Source: Octopus sinensis (Eukaryota). From it: DNA of 64,000 nucleotides. Positions 13,076 to 25,169 of the stretch are shown here, piece after piece (position 1 is the first letter of the stretch; the number at the start of each line of letters is the position of its first letter). Location of the stretch: assembly GCF_006345805.1 (NCBI RefSeq), contig NW_021833011.1, positions 1 to 64,000 on the forward strand, in the 5' to 3' direction. A program made the translations under genes and the position numbers. The notes under the pieces are model-generated. The model ran no database searches, was not told the origin of the DNA, and worked only from the letters and a program-made list of their open reading frames with translations.

Positions 13076-14084
13076 CGGTCATTTGTTTAAATTTTCTCTC
13101 CTAAATCATCAAATTCAATTATTTGAAGGAGATGGGTTTTGAGATTTAAATTTGGCAATTTTCTAAGATTTTAATTTTGTTATGAGGGGCCCATCGATCT
13201 TGAAGTGCCTCGTGCCCCCTATGGTTTAAATACAACCCTGCATCTGAAAGGTATTTGCAGAACATTTCACGAAAAAAAAAAAAAAAGAAAAAACATTAAT
13301 TTTTCTGAAAGTTATGAGAAAACAAAGTCATGGGGCAAAGTTGTGTGGTTATGATGTAGTGAAAAGTATTGAAAGTGACTTTGTGAAGAATATGTAAAGC
13401 AATCGAAAAATGGGTTTACAGAAATCAAATTAGGAAGTTGTAAAGCGCAAACTTACCTCGTAACAACTCAGAGCAAAATTGAAACTTGAATATTTATATG
13501 ATGGTTTTTAAGTCGTTGATTAGTTTAACAATTTTGTATGATATCAATGTTTTTCCGAGAAAAAACACTTCCCCTTTGTCCTCTTTTTCATTATTTGCTT
13601 TCACGAGTACTTTGTGATAACAGTTTATTATCATTATTTGCAACAGACGAAATATAAAAAAGGAAGTGGCTGATAAAGAGAGAAAGAAATAGGTTTTAAT
13701 AGGAAATACACGGTGAAAGTAGGTTAGGGAAGATTTCACTTTCATTTTTGTCAATGACCTCAGTAAAACTTACCTGGTTTTCCCCAGTGGTGGCCACTGA
13801 TTGGCATGTTTCCACCCCACCCACAAACCTTCTGTGGGTACACACAGAGTCTTACCTACTTATATGTGCACCCTATCAACAGGTTTGTTTCCTCATAACT
13901 TTCAGAAAAATGGATATTTTAAGAAATTTTCTACAAATGACGTAGTTGACGATTATATGAGAATTGATATGAAAAAGAAAGTAGGTGAGTGCTCACAACA
14001 GCACACAATGAGACACATAACGATATCTTTTTTCAGTTCAAAGTTCATTTAGTAGATATATGCGATATGTGTCAGTATGTATTC

Positions 14085-14290
14085 TTTTACTTGTTTCAGT
14101 AATTTGACTGTGGCCATGCTGGAGCACCGCCTTGAAGGGTTTTTAAAGTTGAAGAAATTGACACCAGAACTTATTCTTTGTAAGCCTAGTACTTATTCTC
14201 TCGTTTTTTTTTTCTTTTTGCTGAACGCTAGGTTGCGGGGATAAAGACGCACCAAGCAATAGCGAGGGACGGACGGAGATACGCGCGTGC
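14085..14290 (-). mobile_element. 3' part of tRNA-derived SINE
   Basis: TTACTTGTTTCAGT..GGCCATGCTGGAGCACCGCC shared with 33745-33900. Confidence 0.7.
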
Positions 14291-14329
14291 GCACACACAC
14301 ACGCATATATATATAGTACAAAGTAAGAT

Positions 14330-14818
14330 AGGGGTTATGGGTGTAACCCACTATGGGATATCATTTATCCAATATACTGTTGGTAAAGTACCCAAATTCT
14401 TAATACATAAATGTTTTTAATTGCAAATTAATTAACTCATTTATTGTATTAAACGGGTGAAGGTAAAGAAATATTTTTACCGTAAATTTATAATACAAAT
14501 GGAGAAACAAATTTGGTTTGTTCATCAACTTTCGGATATTAGAATGTTGGATTATTTATACATTTTACAAATGAGAACATCAAAAGCATACAAAAATGTT
14601 ATATAAATCAATAGATAAGATAGTAATACAAATACAGATTTTAAAAGTCATAGTATAAATTAATGAAATCCATAAACTGCTTCTTACACCTGTTTTTACC
14701 TATGGTCAAAAGTGAATCTAATTTTCATTGCCTATAGATTTCAACATACTAAAGTTGTAGGCATTTAAAAAATATAATACTTATATATTAAAAAACCATA
14801 GGCCTCGTCAGAGGTTAT
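14330..14818 (-). mobile_element. ~480-bp repeat unit carrying a decayed hammerhead ribozyme motif (retrozyme/Penelope-terminal-repeat-like)
   Basis: CUGACGA at 14811-14805, 10-bp helix II, core 3' half reads AAAAC-AGGU-GUA; terminal direct repeat AG(G/A)GGTTAT at 14330 and 14810; partial copy at 16590-16690. Confidence 0.45.
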
Positions 14819-15520
14819 AATGAACTTGAAAAATATTAATATTAATATTAATATACTAAACATGATACACATATTACTTAATATATTAAAATAAACAATA
14901 AACAAATATCAAAATATACATATATACATATACATACATACATATATATATACATATACATACATCCTTACATATATGTATGTGAAATGAACAGAAGTGT
15001 GATCAGCATCTTCTCATATATCAGGAAATTACATCTACATTATTATGGATAAATTCATCGTCTCTGAGTATGAAATATCTCCTAATATCTCCGGAAATTA
15101 CACCTGCATTATTATGGATGGATTTACCTTTTCTGTGAAACTAAAAACCTTTTATAAAACTGTGCATCTTTAGAGAACTTGTGAAGTCTGCTTACAATCT
15201 AACTTTGCTTTTTATTGAACTCTCTTCGATACTTCATGAGTGTAGCCTCACCCCTAGGATGTTTGGAAAACTCATATGTGTTTTGGCTGATGAATACAGG
15301 ACACTTGTATTTGCTGCAATATTTGCAGCTTTTAATAAAGCTGTTCTTCGTATGAAACAATTGTACTGAACAACTAATCCAGTCTTGTTGCTTTTTTCTT
15401 GTTTATAATCACCCCACATTATTTTATGGTTAATACCATATAGATTTCTGGTGCATCTAAGTTAAGTACCGCATTCATTTGAACTCATTGGAATTCACTT
15501 GAATCTTAATTGTTGTTACT

Positions 15521-15559
<39 letters not shown>

Positions 15560-15562
<3 letters not shown>

Positions 15563-16395
15563 CCCTGGAACCCGGAACGTCTCGCTGTGCTTGAGGAGAC
15601 CTGTTGAGTCAAGTACATGAACATGAACATCGAAATAAATATAAATATCAATGGAAATAGTAGTTGTGATACCTGTGCCGCTGGCACATAAAAAGCACCA
15701 TCCGAATGTGGCTGATGCCAGCGCCGCCCCGACTGGCTTCTGTGCCAGTGGCACATAAAAAGCACCATCTGAACGTGGCTGACGCCAGCCAGCGCCGCCC
15801 CTACTGGCTCCTGTGCCGGTGGCACATAAAAAGCACCATCTGAACGTGGTCGATGCCAGCGCTGCCCCGACTGGCTTCTGTGCCGGTGGCACATAAAAAG
15901 CACCATCCGAACGTGGCCGATGCCAGCGACGCCCCGACCGGCTTCTGTGCCGGTGGCACATAAAAAGCACCATCCGAACGTGGCCGATGCCAGCACCGCC
16001 CCGACTGGCTCCTGTGCCAGTGGCACATAAAAAGCACCATCCAAACGTGGCCGATGCCAGCGCCACCCCGACTGGCTTCTGTGCCGGTGGCACATAAAAA
16101 GCACCATCCGAACGTGGCCGTTGCCAGCGCCGCCTTAGCTGGCTTCCGTGCCGGTGGCACGTTAAAAGCTCCAACCGATTGTGGCCGATGCCGGACCCCC
16201 CTGGCACCTGTGCAGGTGGCACGTAAAAAGCACCCACTACACTCGCGGAGTGGTTGGCGTTAGGAAGGGCATCCAGCTGTAGAAACTCTGCCAGATCAGA
16301 CTGGAGCCTGGTGCAGTCCCTGGCTTCCCAGACCCCGGTCGAACCGTCCAACCCGTGCTAGCGCGGAAAACGGACGTTAAACGATGATGATGATA
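15560..16395 (+). mobile_element. 5'-truncated RTE LINE (3' UTR only) with expanded 67-bp tandem array, inserted in (TA)n
   Basis: CTCGCTGTGCTTGAGGAGACCTGTTGAGTCAAG and tail match 56720-57192, which follows an RTE ORF; hairpin cores at 15675, 15742, 15813, 15880, 15947, 16014, 16081, 16148, 16210. Confidence 0.85.
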
Positions 16396-17689
16396 TATAT
16401 ATATATATATATACAATACAAATATACATACATAAGCAAAGCATATATAGTATTCACATGCGCAAAATACATTAATGAACACAATTAAACAATATATTCC
16501 AGTGGATATACCATACGTCATATACGTATATAAACACGTCTATGCTTATCAGTAACAACAATATTATTGTATTAACAATAATCTTCAACAGATCTTACAT
16601 ACTATAATAATGTCTTTGTGAGCTATTAGAGGTTGAGAAACCAACTAAGGGATAGGACCTATCCAATATACTGCTGGTAGTGTACCCAATTATTCATAGC
16701 CAAGTGCTAGTTATTGCACTCGCAGTTGAGTATTATATATGGGCGGGGGTAAAAAAGTGATTTACCCCTGATTTATACGGCAAATAAGAAAACGGAGAGG
16801 ATATACAATTGACAGACATCAGCCAGTGAACATTCAAGTATGTCTATTTATTCAATTGTATTGGATAAATACACGCATAATTGCTGGCCTTATTCCTAAA
16901 TTAGAAATCATTAATCCTCTTTGACCATCTTATTTCAGTTTTCCGTAACCTCTGCCTCATTGACAGTTCATCATCGCAGGTATTGCAATTCAGGGGAAAT
17001 AACTGATACACATTGTCATAAGAGTAATTCACCTTGACGGATTTAAGCAACTGGACAAATGAATCTTTTATGAATAAAAACATCGGTTGTCAACGTTTTC
17101 AGTCACATATTTAGCTTAGAACACAGTTAAAGAAAGGCTCAGCGGGAGAGAGAGAGAGAGAAAGTGGTGCTGCTACTGTTTCTGGTTGTTGTTGTTGTTG
17201 TTGTTAAGCAACAAGACGGTTAAGGGTGATTAAGGTGATGGTCTAGGGCTTAAAGGCGGGAGATCCCAGACCTTAGATAAAAAAAATCTTTGGTCGTCTT
17301 GTTGTAGTCGAGGGCTCTTCGTTGACGCTCGACACTATTGGGAGGTGGCCCTCGAGGTCGCTGGAAATAGAAATCTCCAGGCCCAAATTCTTGGACGGCT
17401 ACTGTTGTTGGTGCTAGAGCTGGTGGTGGAGGTGGCGACGGTGAGTGGATGGAGAAAAATAATTTTTTGGGGAATTGAACTAAATTTTTTTAATATCACC
17501 TATTACTTAACACATGCACATCCCAAACTTGCCATTCACTTCCGAAAGAAACCAGTTTCCCCTTTGCCTGTCTTATGCAGTGGCTATCCACAAATCACAA
17601 GGGCAGACATTTGATCGAGTGGGGGCTGTTCTTGCCTGAACCTGTATTCGGCCATGGTCAGCAATATGTTGCATTCTCAAGGGTTTGCA

Positions 17690-17850
17690 AATTATCCAAT
17701 GCGTGAGTTAAAGCTGTCAACACTGACAAAGAAGGGAAGAAAAGAGCGATAACTTACACAAAGAACATAATCTGCAAAGAAGTAGTGGATTAAAAGATTT
17801 ATGCAAATTGAAATGTGTATTGGCTCTGACCCATCGCATTGGCTCATAAG
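17690..17850. promoter_or_regulatory. Candidate promoter segment (CCAAT boxes and octamer)
   Basis: CCAAT at ~17695, ATTGG at ~17819 and ~17838, ATGCAAAT at ~17801, in non-repeat sequence between the divergent PARP exons; motif match only. Confidence 0.25.
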
Positions 17851-18199
17851 TTACCAACGATGTGGTTTGCAGCGTATGCCATCATAATAATACTAAAACT
17901 CTATGGATGTTTGTTGGTACTCGAAAATATCTCAGAAATAGTATATTTTATCTTAATCTTTTCTTTTTCTTGCATATTTATTTTCATACTTAGCATCGAC
18001 AGTACAATATTTGTGACGTTTTTTGTGACATTATTAATGAAAAGGAGTAAACACAATTTTTGTCTATTTCTTGAAAAAAAAGAAAAAGCATAGCTTCCGT
18101 GACATCAACACCATACACACATACAGAATACATACACATATAACGAATGTGATGGGGTGTCAATCAACACAAACCACGGCCTCCATCTGTGACATATTG

Positions 18200-18581
18200 C
18201 AGCAATCCGTCGGTTACTATGACGAGAGTTCCAGTTAATCCAATCATCGGAACAGCCTCGTCGGGAATGAACATGCAAATGGCTAAGCCTCCACAGACAC
18301 GTGTGCGCCTTAACGTAGTTCTCGGGGGGGAGATTCAGCGTGATACAGAGTGTGACAAGGGTGGCCCTTAGAAATACAGGTACAACAGAAACAGGAAGAG
18401 AGAGTGAGAGAAAGCTGTGGTGAAAGAGTACGACAAGGTTCGCCACTATCCCCTACCAGAGCCTCGTGGAGCTGTGGGGTGTTTTTGCTCAATAAACACT
18501 CACAACGCCCGGTCTGGGAATTGAAACTTCGATCCTACGACCGTGAGTCCACTACCTTAACCACTGAGCCATTGCGCCTCC
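18200..18581 (-). mobile_element. Full-length tRNA-derived SINE
   Basis: Head GGAGGCGCAATGGCTCAGTGGTTAAGG (A box) .. GTTTCAATTCCC (B box), then non-tRNA body. Confidence 0.85.
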
Positions 18582-21059
18582 ACTGTCTGTGACATATACA
18601 TACACATAGTCTTCGCGCACTCTGAGCAAAAGAAAAAAAAAAACATTGACTTTTGACGTACACAATATTTTAATGATTTGGAAATATTTTTAACTGAATG
18701 GCATTTCAAAAATATAAGTTGTTTGTTAAGCAAGAATTTATATTTTAGCATTCTTCAAACACTATTTTAATGGATTTTTAATTATTTTCAGGTCGTTAAT
18801 TTCCATAATTTGTTTTTTATTTATTTACATTTGTTTTAGAGTGAATGAGAGAAGAAAGTGAAAGATGTGTGTACGTGTATAGGAAATGGACGTGTGTGTG
18901 TGGAAGAGGGAGAGAGGGTGGGGGGGAAGAGAGAAAGCGAAGGGGTGTTTTGTCATGTATACGTACATACATCAATACATATGCGTACACTCTTTTTTGT
19001 ATGTACGTGTGCATGTGTGTTTGTGGGTGTGTGGAGAGAGAGAAAGAGAATGAGCGAGAGTGAGTGAGTGAACGTGTGTGTTCTCATGTATGCGTAAGTG
19101 GCACTCTCTCTCTCATACACACACACACACACACGTCCATTTCATATACGCGTTCATACATCTTTCATGTTCTCCTCTATTTCACTTTAAAACAATTGTA
19201 AATAAATAAAACAATTTTACGGAAATTAACGAACAAAATCAGCTGATCTGGATGACAGTTCTGAGAGTCAAAGCGAAAGATTGCCCCAAGGGAATACCAT
19301 TACAAATTTTTTCGAATGCAGTCAACATATCCCAGCTCCAAAGATTTGGCTGCTATTTCTAGCACGCCCTGATACCATGTAGCAGCTATTTGCGATAAAA
19401 GACTCAAAATACCTGTTATGAGGTATCAGGGTGTGCAAGAAATAGCAACGAAATCTTTCCTTTTCCGGGGAAACGAGCCGTTTACGCTTAATTTCGATGT
19501 CACTTTCGTTGAAAGCATACAAAACAACCTAGAAAAGAGAGAGAGAAAAAAAACATGAAACAAACATCCGTTGCTGGGAAACTCAGATTCCAGGTGACCT
19601 ACGGTCACGGGTAGTCTAGTGTTACATTAATTTTCACCCCCGTGAAGTTGTGACCCCTATATTTTCCATATAAAATAAATGTTTTTACTATAATTATTTT
19701 TTTTTTTCTAGATATGAAATTGTGACAATGAGAATATTAAAATGTAATTTTTCTGTTAATGGGGAAAATGGAAAATAAGAGTGAATATTTATTTTATGAG
19801 TGCTGTGTATTAAGTCTATAAAATTGTGCACAAAGTATATAAAGCGCATTAAGTAATCATCGTATTCATTTTCAATGAATAGCAGATGAGCGACAATCTT
19901 TCAATAGAGATATAGCAATAACCATTTTAGCCATTTTGAAATGTGGCGCAAATTGGCAATATGACGTAATGTCTTTGCCGAACAATTATTATTTTCGTTT
20001 TTTTCCATTGGTTAATATAGCTACTCATATAAAGATTCTAAAAGTTTCGTAAAGAATATTTGTCATGGATTTCGATTCTTTTTAGTCAAGTTGAGCAGTT
20101 ATAAAACCCTGGATTTTGGGAAAAATTCAGTGTTTGTTGGATGTCACTGAACTCCACGACACTCACTCTTTTGAGACATCGGTAATTTTCATGCCATGTC
20201 TAAGTTAATCACAAGTCTATTTTGATTTGTTGGTTAATGTATTAGCTAGAATTGAGAAATTAGTTAATGAAATTATAGTCGTTCTTCTTCACGAGAAAGT
20301 TATCTTTCCTACTGTAATAATATAAAATGTTATATTCATATAATAAAACTAATTAAAGAAAATGTTTCTCTTCACGTTTGTTTTTCAACTGAGCATAAAT
20401 AAGTATGCATTTCTGTAATCCTTAATTTATGTTTTCTTATAGCGGTTTAAAGAACACAAAGAAAATATTTAACATACATGTCGTTAATATTCATAGCGTT
20501 TCATGCGTGTATGTCTCTATGACGTTATAACTGTAGTTAGGGTTTTAGGTATAATGATAACACTTGAGTATAAGTGACGTTGAATCATTATATTCTCCCT
20601 TACTCAGAGAAAAGCCAAATAAAATAATATACCTGAGAGAAAGCTTAAGGTTAAAACAAAAGCCGCCATAGAGACCACAACAGATTACACTTTCAGGTTT
20701 TTTGGATGAAATTCTCAGGAATAACCCAATAGGTTTACCATTTAATGCCATGAAAATTCACAGGTCCCGCTAATAGATTAATAAGTTTCGTGTTATAACA
20801 TCTACAACTCGGATTTCATCCAACACTCGATCTAACAACCCAAATATTTGTTATGGTCACTGGTACAATAAACACACTGTACACTATTGATCTATTATGT
20901 ATAGAAAGTCGTGAGGGCCATATTTCCTTTATCCTGTTGTTTTATTCCCTAATAACTTAGTTTCATGCGGCATTAAGTCATTGATATCTCTCATCAGATG
21001 TCGGAGAAGCATTCAAGCCGTTCGTAATAAAATGACTCGATGGAGTTGTAGTTCTACCT

Positions 21060-21700
21060 CATTTTACAATTTAAGAACAGTTATTCTGGTCAAAGTTCAT
21101 CCCTGTATCTTTTTGGAAAGTCTCAACTCGGCTTAGGGTTTCCTTCATATCTTCCTCATTTTTGGCAAATATTTTCAGATCATACACAAAATGAAATTGC
21201 ATTAGAAAGGGGTTTCTGTCTTCCTGTCGATTAACCGCATAGCCTTCAGATATTCTCAACGAAGAGGACGAGGCCACACTGAAAGTATAAATGGCATCAG
21301 AGAGACACTGTCCTCTTGAAATAGTCATTACAACAGCCTATCTTATCAGTGAGAATAGAACCACTCAAAGTTCGAAATGGTAGCCCAGAACGACGTCAGC
21401 TTGTATATGGCCTTGATAATGGTATTTAAAATTGTAGCAGGTCAAAGTTCATCGATGAGTGAGAGTAGACTTCACCGTTCTCGTAATCCGGATAGACTAT
21501 GTAAGGGCGAAACCTGTTCTAAAATTAGGGAGAATTAGCACATAAAAACAATACTGTGACACATGGCTAATTTTGGAAAATGTGCTCCACTTCTTCCCCT
21601 GTTAGCTACGCCAGAGAGACTATGACCAGATTCCTCCTAAAAAGATGGTCAACAGGTGCACAAAGTCTTCCCAGATGCTTGTTCAACTCTGATATTATCA
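21060..21700 (-). mobile_element. Heavily decayed non-LTR RT remnant (R4/Dong-like)
   Basis: HFVYDLKIFAKNEEDMKETLSRVETFQKDTGMNF resembles the YMDDLKLFAKN..DI.M.FG region. Confidence 0.55.
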
Positions 21701-22464
21701 CACTTTCGCAGTCACCTGGCACTTAATGGTTCATACAGTTTGTATAAATGTTACACCTGAGATTCTAACAAGCAATTAATCAGCAGTTTATCGCCATGTG
21801 ATCGATATTATTTTTGAGTATCTTTTTTTTCTTCTACCAGTGCAATCAATTGGTATGTTTACTTCTCTGTTGTAAGTTTGATGGTAAAAGTCAATAAGTT
21901 ACCTACATAGAAAGGCAGTTTTGTGTTCTACCATCCAACAATCAATTCTGTTTTTGCTGCGTTCCTGTCTTCAATTTTGTTACTATCACAAAATTCCCAC
22001 CATTGATCCCTTGGTTTCAGTTTAAATCAAAGGCAATAATTCCATCATATCATTTCATAAATCCTGCAATCTGAATCAAACCCTTTACTTCTCACCAGAT
22101 TTTCCTTCCCAATGAACGACCCCCTACTTTCCTGTGAACAAGTATCTGTGACATTCATTGATTGACCCCCCTCATATCTCATTGAGCAACTGATTGGTTG
22201 CGATGTAATTATTGGTTAATTAATTTATTCTCAGCTCCTCTTCCTGCTACCACGTTTCTACTCTCAGCTCTCCGCTCCTCTTCCAGACTAATTCATTTAT
22301 ACTCATTTCATCTGTCTGTAGACATTGTTTCCATTTTATTTTTCGGCGGACTTGGTTGGTGTGGTGAGGGTTACTCATTTGTTTGTTGGTGTGTAATAAG
22401 CAACAGAGCATAACTGATCAATAATTCCGTAGATCAACAATCTATTGTTTACCTTGTTCTTTTT

Positions 22465-22615
22465 TATTACATCCGCCTTCCTTAAGGAAGAGGTATTTTT
22501 AAAGTCATGTTATTATTCTGTCCGTGGACAAGATTCTCAAGAACCACTGGATGGATTCGCATGAAACTTTCAGGGATGTTTGGCCTCGTGACTGGCACGA
22601 ACTTCATCTGTTGAC
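22465..22615 (+). mobile_element. Non-autonomous Helentron/DINE-1-like fragment
   Basis: TTATTACATCCGCC-TTCCTTAAGGAA palindrome, then CTGTCCG..GGATGGATTCGCATGAAACTTTCAGG pattern; family assignment from memory. Confidence 0.4.
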
Positions 22616-23338
22616 TGATGAGTATAACAGAAGGCTGCGTCTTCGTATCACGTCGGGCCATCAATTTATGTAGTGGGAATATATATCAGTTCCAGGTGGT
22701 CTATGTGGCGTGTATGTTATTACAAGATTTCATAAGAGATCATGAATAAATTCAAGAACTATTTTACTACGTAAAAATGTATTTTATTTAATGGTCGTTG
22801 ATGATCATAATCAAAATGTAGAATCTAGTTGAATGAAAATCTATGCAAGACAGATCAGAGATAGGAAATATGGAAATAACAGCTAAGGGATGGTTTTCAG
22901 CCATGTGGCGCAGAGAAACAGACGGACATAGAAATGACGTGAATGGCTCTACGTCTAATCGACTGAGAAGTGAGAGCAGGGTTAGCAAGCTTTTTTTATT
23001 AATGGAACGCTAGATATTCTAGAAACTTCCAAGAGAAATGCTAAGCTTCTTGAATAATAAAGAATCCGCTCTCGTGGCACAGATGTTTCCAGAACTTCAG
23101 TGAAGGGAGATTACTCTATAAACCTTCTTGCAAGGGACATCATTCAACTATTTAGCTACATAGACCATTACATATATATACATATATGAGAGAGTGAGAG
23201 GGGAGGACGGAGCTGAGTGTCGTGACTGTGAGAATGTCCTGAACCAGCAATATTATTATTAGTAGTAGTATTATATTATACAATGTAGTTAATAATCCAT
23301 AAAGCACTCTGAAGTACTTTTGATTTTACCAAAGAATA

Positions 23339-24203
23339 TCAAATAACTTGATAAGCATCTCCGGCATAGACATTAATTGTTTCGATAATTTTATCAAACA
23401 TGGTTATTGTTAACCTACGGTTTGTGTTTATTATAGACAAAAATTTAGGTATAATAGACGTCATCAATATCAAAGTAATCATTGTGAATGCTAATAAGTC
23501 CACGTCTTCTCGACTTATTATATTGTTGCAAGCAAAGAAAAAAGATACGATTAGAAACAGTTTTATAATGGATTTACCAATCTCGTATCTCAATGGAAAA
23601 TGATGGTTAACAATTGTCTTGAACAGCTTGGCATTTATGAATTCCTCTCCATATTTTACCTGAACCAATCTTGGACAAACGGTTTGGGTGAGTTTTTATA
23701 GACTGAACTATAACTGATTGATACTGCTTATAATGGCTTTCACAATTGCAACGGTATACACGAAAACATGGCAACAAACCATACGTCCCCGACATTATCA
23801 GGTTTAGCAAGAACCGTAACAGCTATCGTAAATATGTAATTGCAAAGAATTTGGAAACTTGTAAGAAATATAGATTGAATAAAGAGCCCATAATATATAA
23901 AATGGAAACGATAGAATAGTAAAAAGTACAGCAGCAATCTCGAAAATATGATTATTATTCCTATAGAGTGAGAAAAAATAAACTTTGGAATAGCTGAAAG
24001 GTAAAGTTGAAATCAAATAAACAATTGGCATTCCATAATAAACGAGGCACAGAAATAATTCACAGACAGAAAATACAGCAAATAAAATTGTAATGGAAAC
24101 AAAGAACCAAAGTGTAATGAATTTCCAGAAAATATTTCTCTCGTAGTAATATAACCAAATTTTCTTTATACGATTAATCCAAGTATAAATTATTAAATAC
24201 CAG
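23339..24203 (-). pseudogene. 3' half of intronless multi-pass membrane protein gene, frameshifted, cut by LINE
   Basis: Nucleotide and protein match to 37685-38520 on the opposite strand (..LAKPDNVG.VWFVAMF..KYGEEFINAKLFKTIVNHHFPLRYEIGKSIIKLFLIVSFFFACNNII..); several frameshifts. Confidence 0.75.
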
Positions 24204-24224
24204 ATGGAAGATTATTAAATGCCA

Positions 24225-25140
24225 GATGGAAGATTGCAAAGATAAAGCATTGTACAAGTACTTGAGAATGAATGAAACTGAAAATAGGTGGATAAAGAAA
24301 AGAATGAATGGAAAATTTCATAGGGATATTGAAAATAAGACAGACAGAGAAAAAGATGGCTTTGGATTACTAAAAGTGATTTAAAACCGAGAACAGAGAC
24401 TCTAATCTGTGCTGCCTAAGAGCAAGCATTAAAAACCAATTGCATCAAATACAGAATAGACAACACTGCATAAAGTGATAAGTACAGAGTTTGTAAACAA
24501 AATGGTGAACCGTATGGCGTATTACCAGTCAAAGAGCGCCAGTAACCCATAAAGAATATAAGAGAATTCATGAAAATAGAGCAAAGATTGTCCATTGGAC
24601 ACTTTGCAACAGGTATAGACTCGACAAAGTAAAACAGTGGTATAAATATAAACCCGAAATCATCATCGAAAATGATAATGTAAAGATCCTGTGGGATTTT
24701 GATTGAGTGCGACAATGAGATAGAGGATAGGAAACCAGAAATAGTCTTAATTGAGAAAGAAAGCAAACGATGCTGGATCATAGATATAGCGTGCCCAGCT
24801 GACAAGAAGTTATGCGATAAAGAAGAAAGAAAGTCGATATATATAACAGGTTAGCTTGGGAGGTTAAGCTGTTGTGGTCGATGAAAAAGGTGGTAGTAAT
24901 ATCAATAATTGTTGGACCCTGGGAAAAGTGAGTAAAAATCTTGAGAAATATATGAAACAAATCGGGCTGCAATAAGGGCGGAGCACTTGTAGAAAACAGC
25001 ACTGCTTGGAACCGATCGAATATTCCAGATGGTGCTCAAAAAATAAGGGGTGTTACCTTAGTTCAGTGGACAGCTGACACCGTAGTACATCTCCAGCATT
25101 AGAAGCTGTGCAAAGACAACAAAATAATAATAATAATGAT
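24225..25140 (+). mobile_element. R4/Dong-type LINE 3' fragment (family B), (AAT)n tail
   Basis: MHG.F, LICAA*EQAL.TN, CCHC region, KILWDF, RKP.IV, IIDIACP, KY, LGT motifs of RLE; same family at 40349-40720 and 43755-44250. Confidence 0.85.
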
Positions 25141-25169
25141 AACGATGATGATGATAAGAAGAATAAGAA

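Noticed and set aside
15675-16230. CRISPR-like array of palindromic repeats
   Set aside because: Inter-core sequence is itself repeated (no unique spacers), there are no cas genes, and the array is the 3' UTR of an RTE LINE
15520-16351. Long minus-strand ORFs (195-263 aa) and similar ORFs at 515-988, 32562-33046, 56406-57148
   Set aside because: Stop-free by-products of the GC-rich tandem units; repetitive translations with no domain
17245-17480. Pro-rich minus-strand reading frame (..PPPPPALAPTTVAVQEFGPGDFYFQRPRGPPP..)
   Set aside because: No ATG, closed by upstream TAA, only a speculative acceptor, no recognisable homology
18480-18581. tRNA gene
   Set aside because: A and B boxes are present but there is no full cloverleaf, and it runs into a SINE body; same for heads at 1790, 32050-32120 and 34100
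20545-20900. Hydrophobic decayed minus-strand frames as another membrane-gene copy
   Set aside because: No alignable similarity to either pseudogene copy by eye
20950-21000. Hammerhead-like CUGAUGAG..UGAAACUAAGUU on minus
   Set aside because: No helix II pairing; compatible with chance
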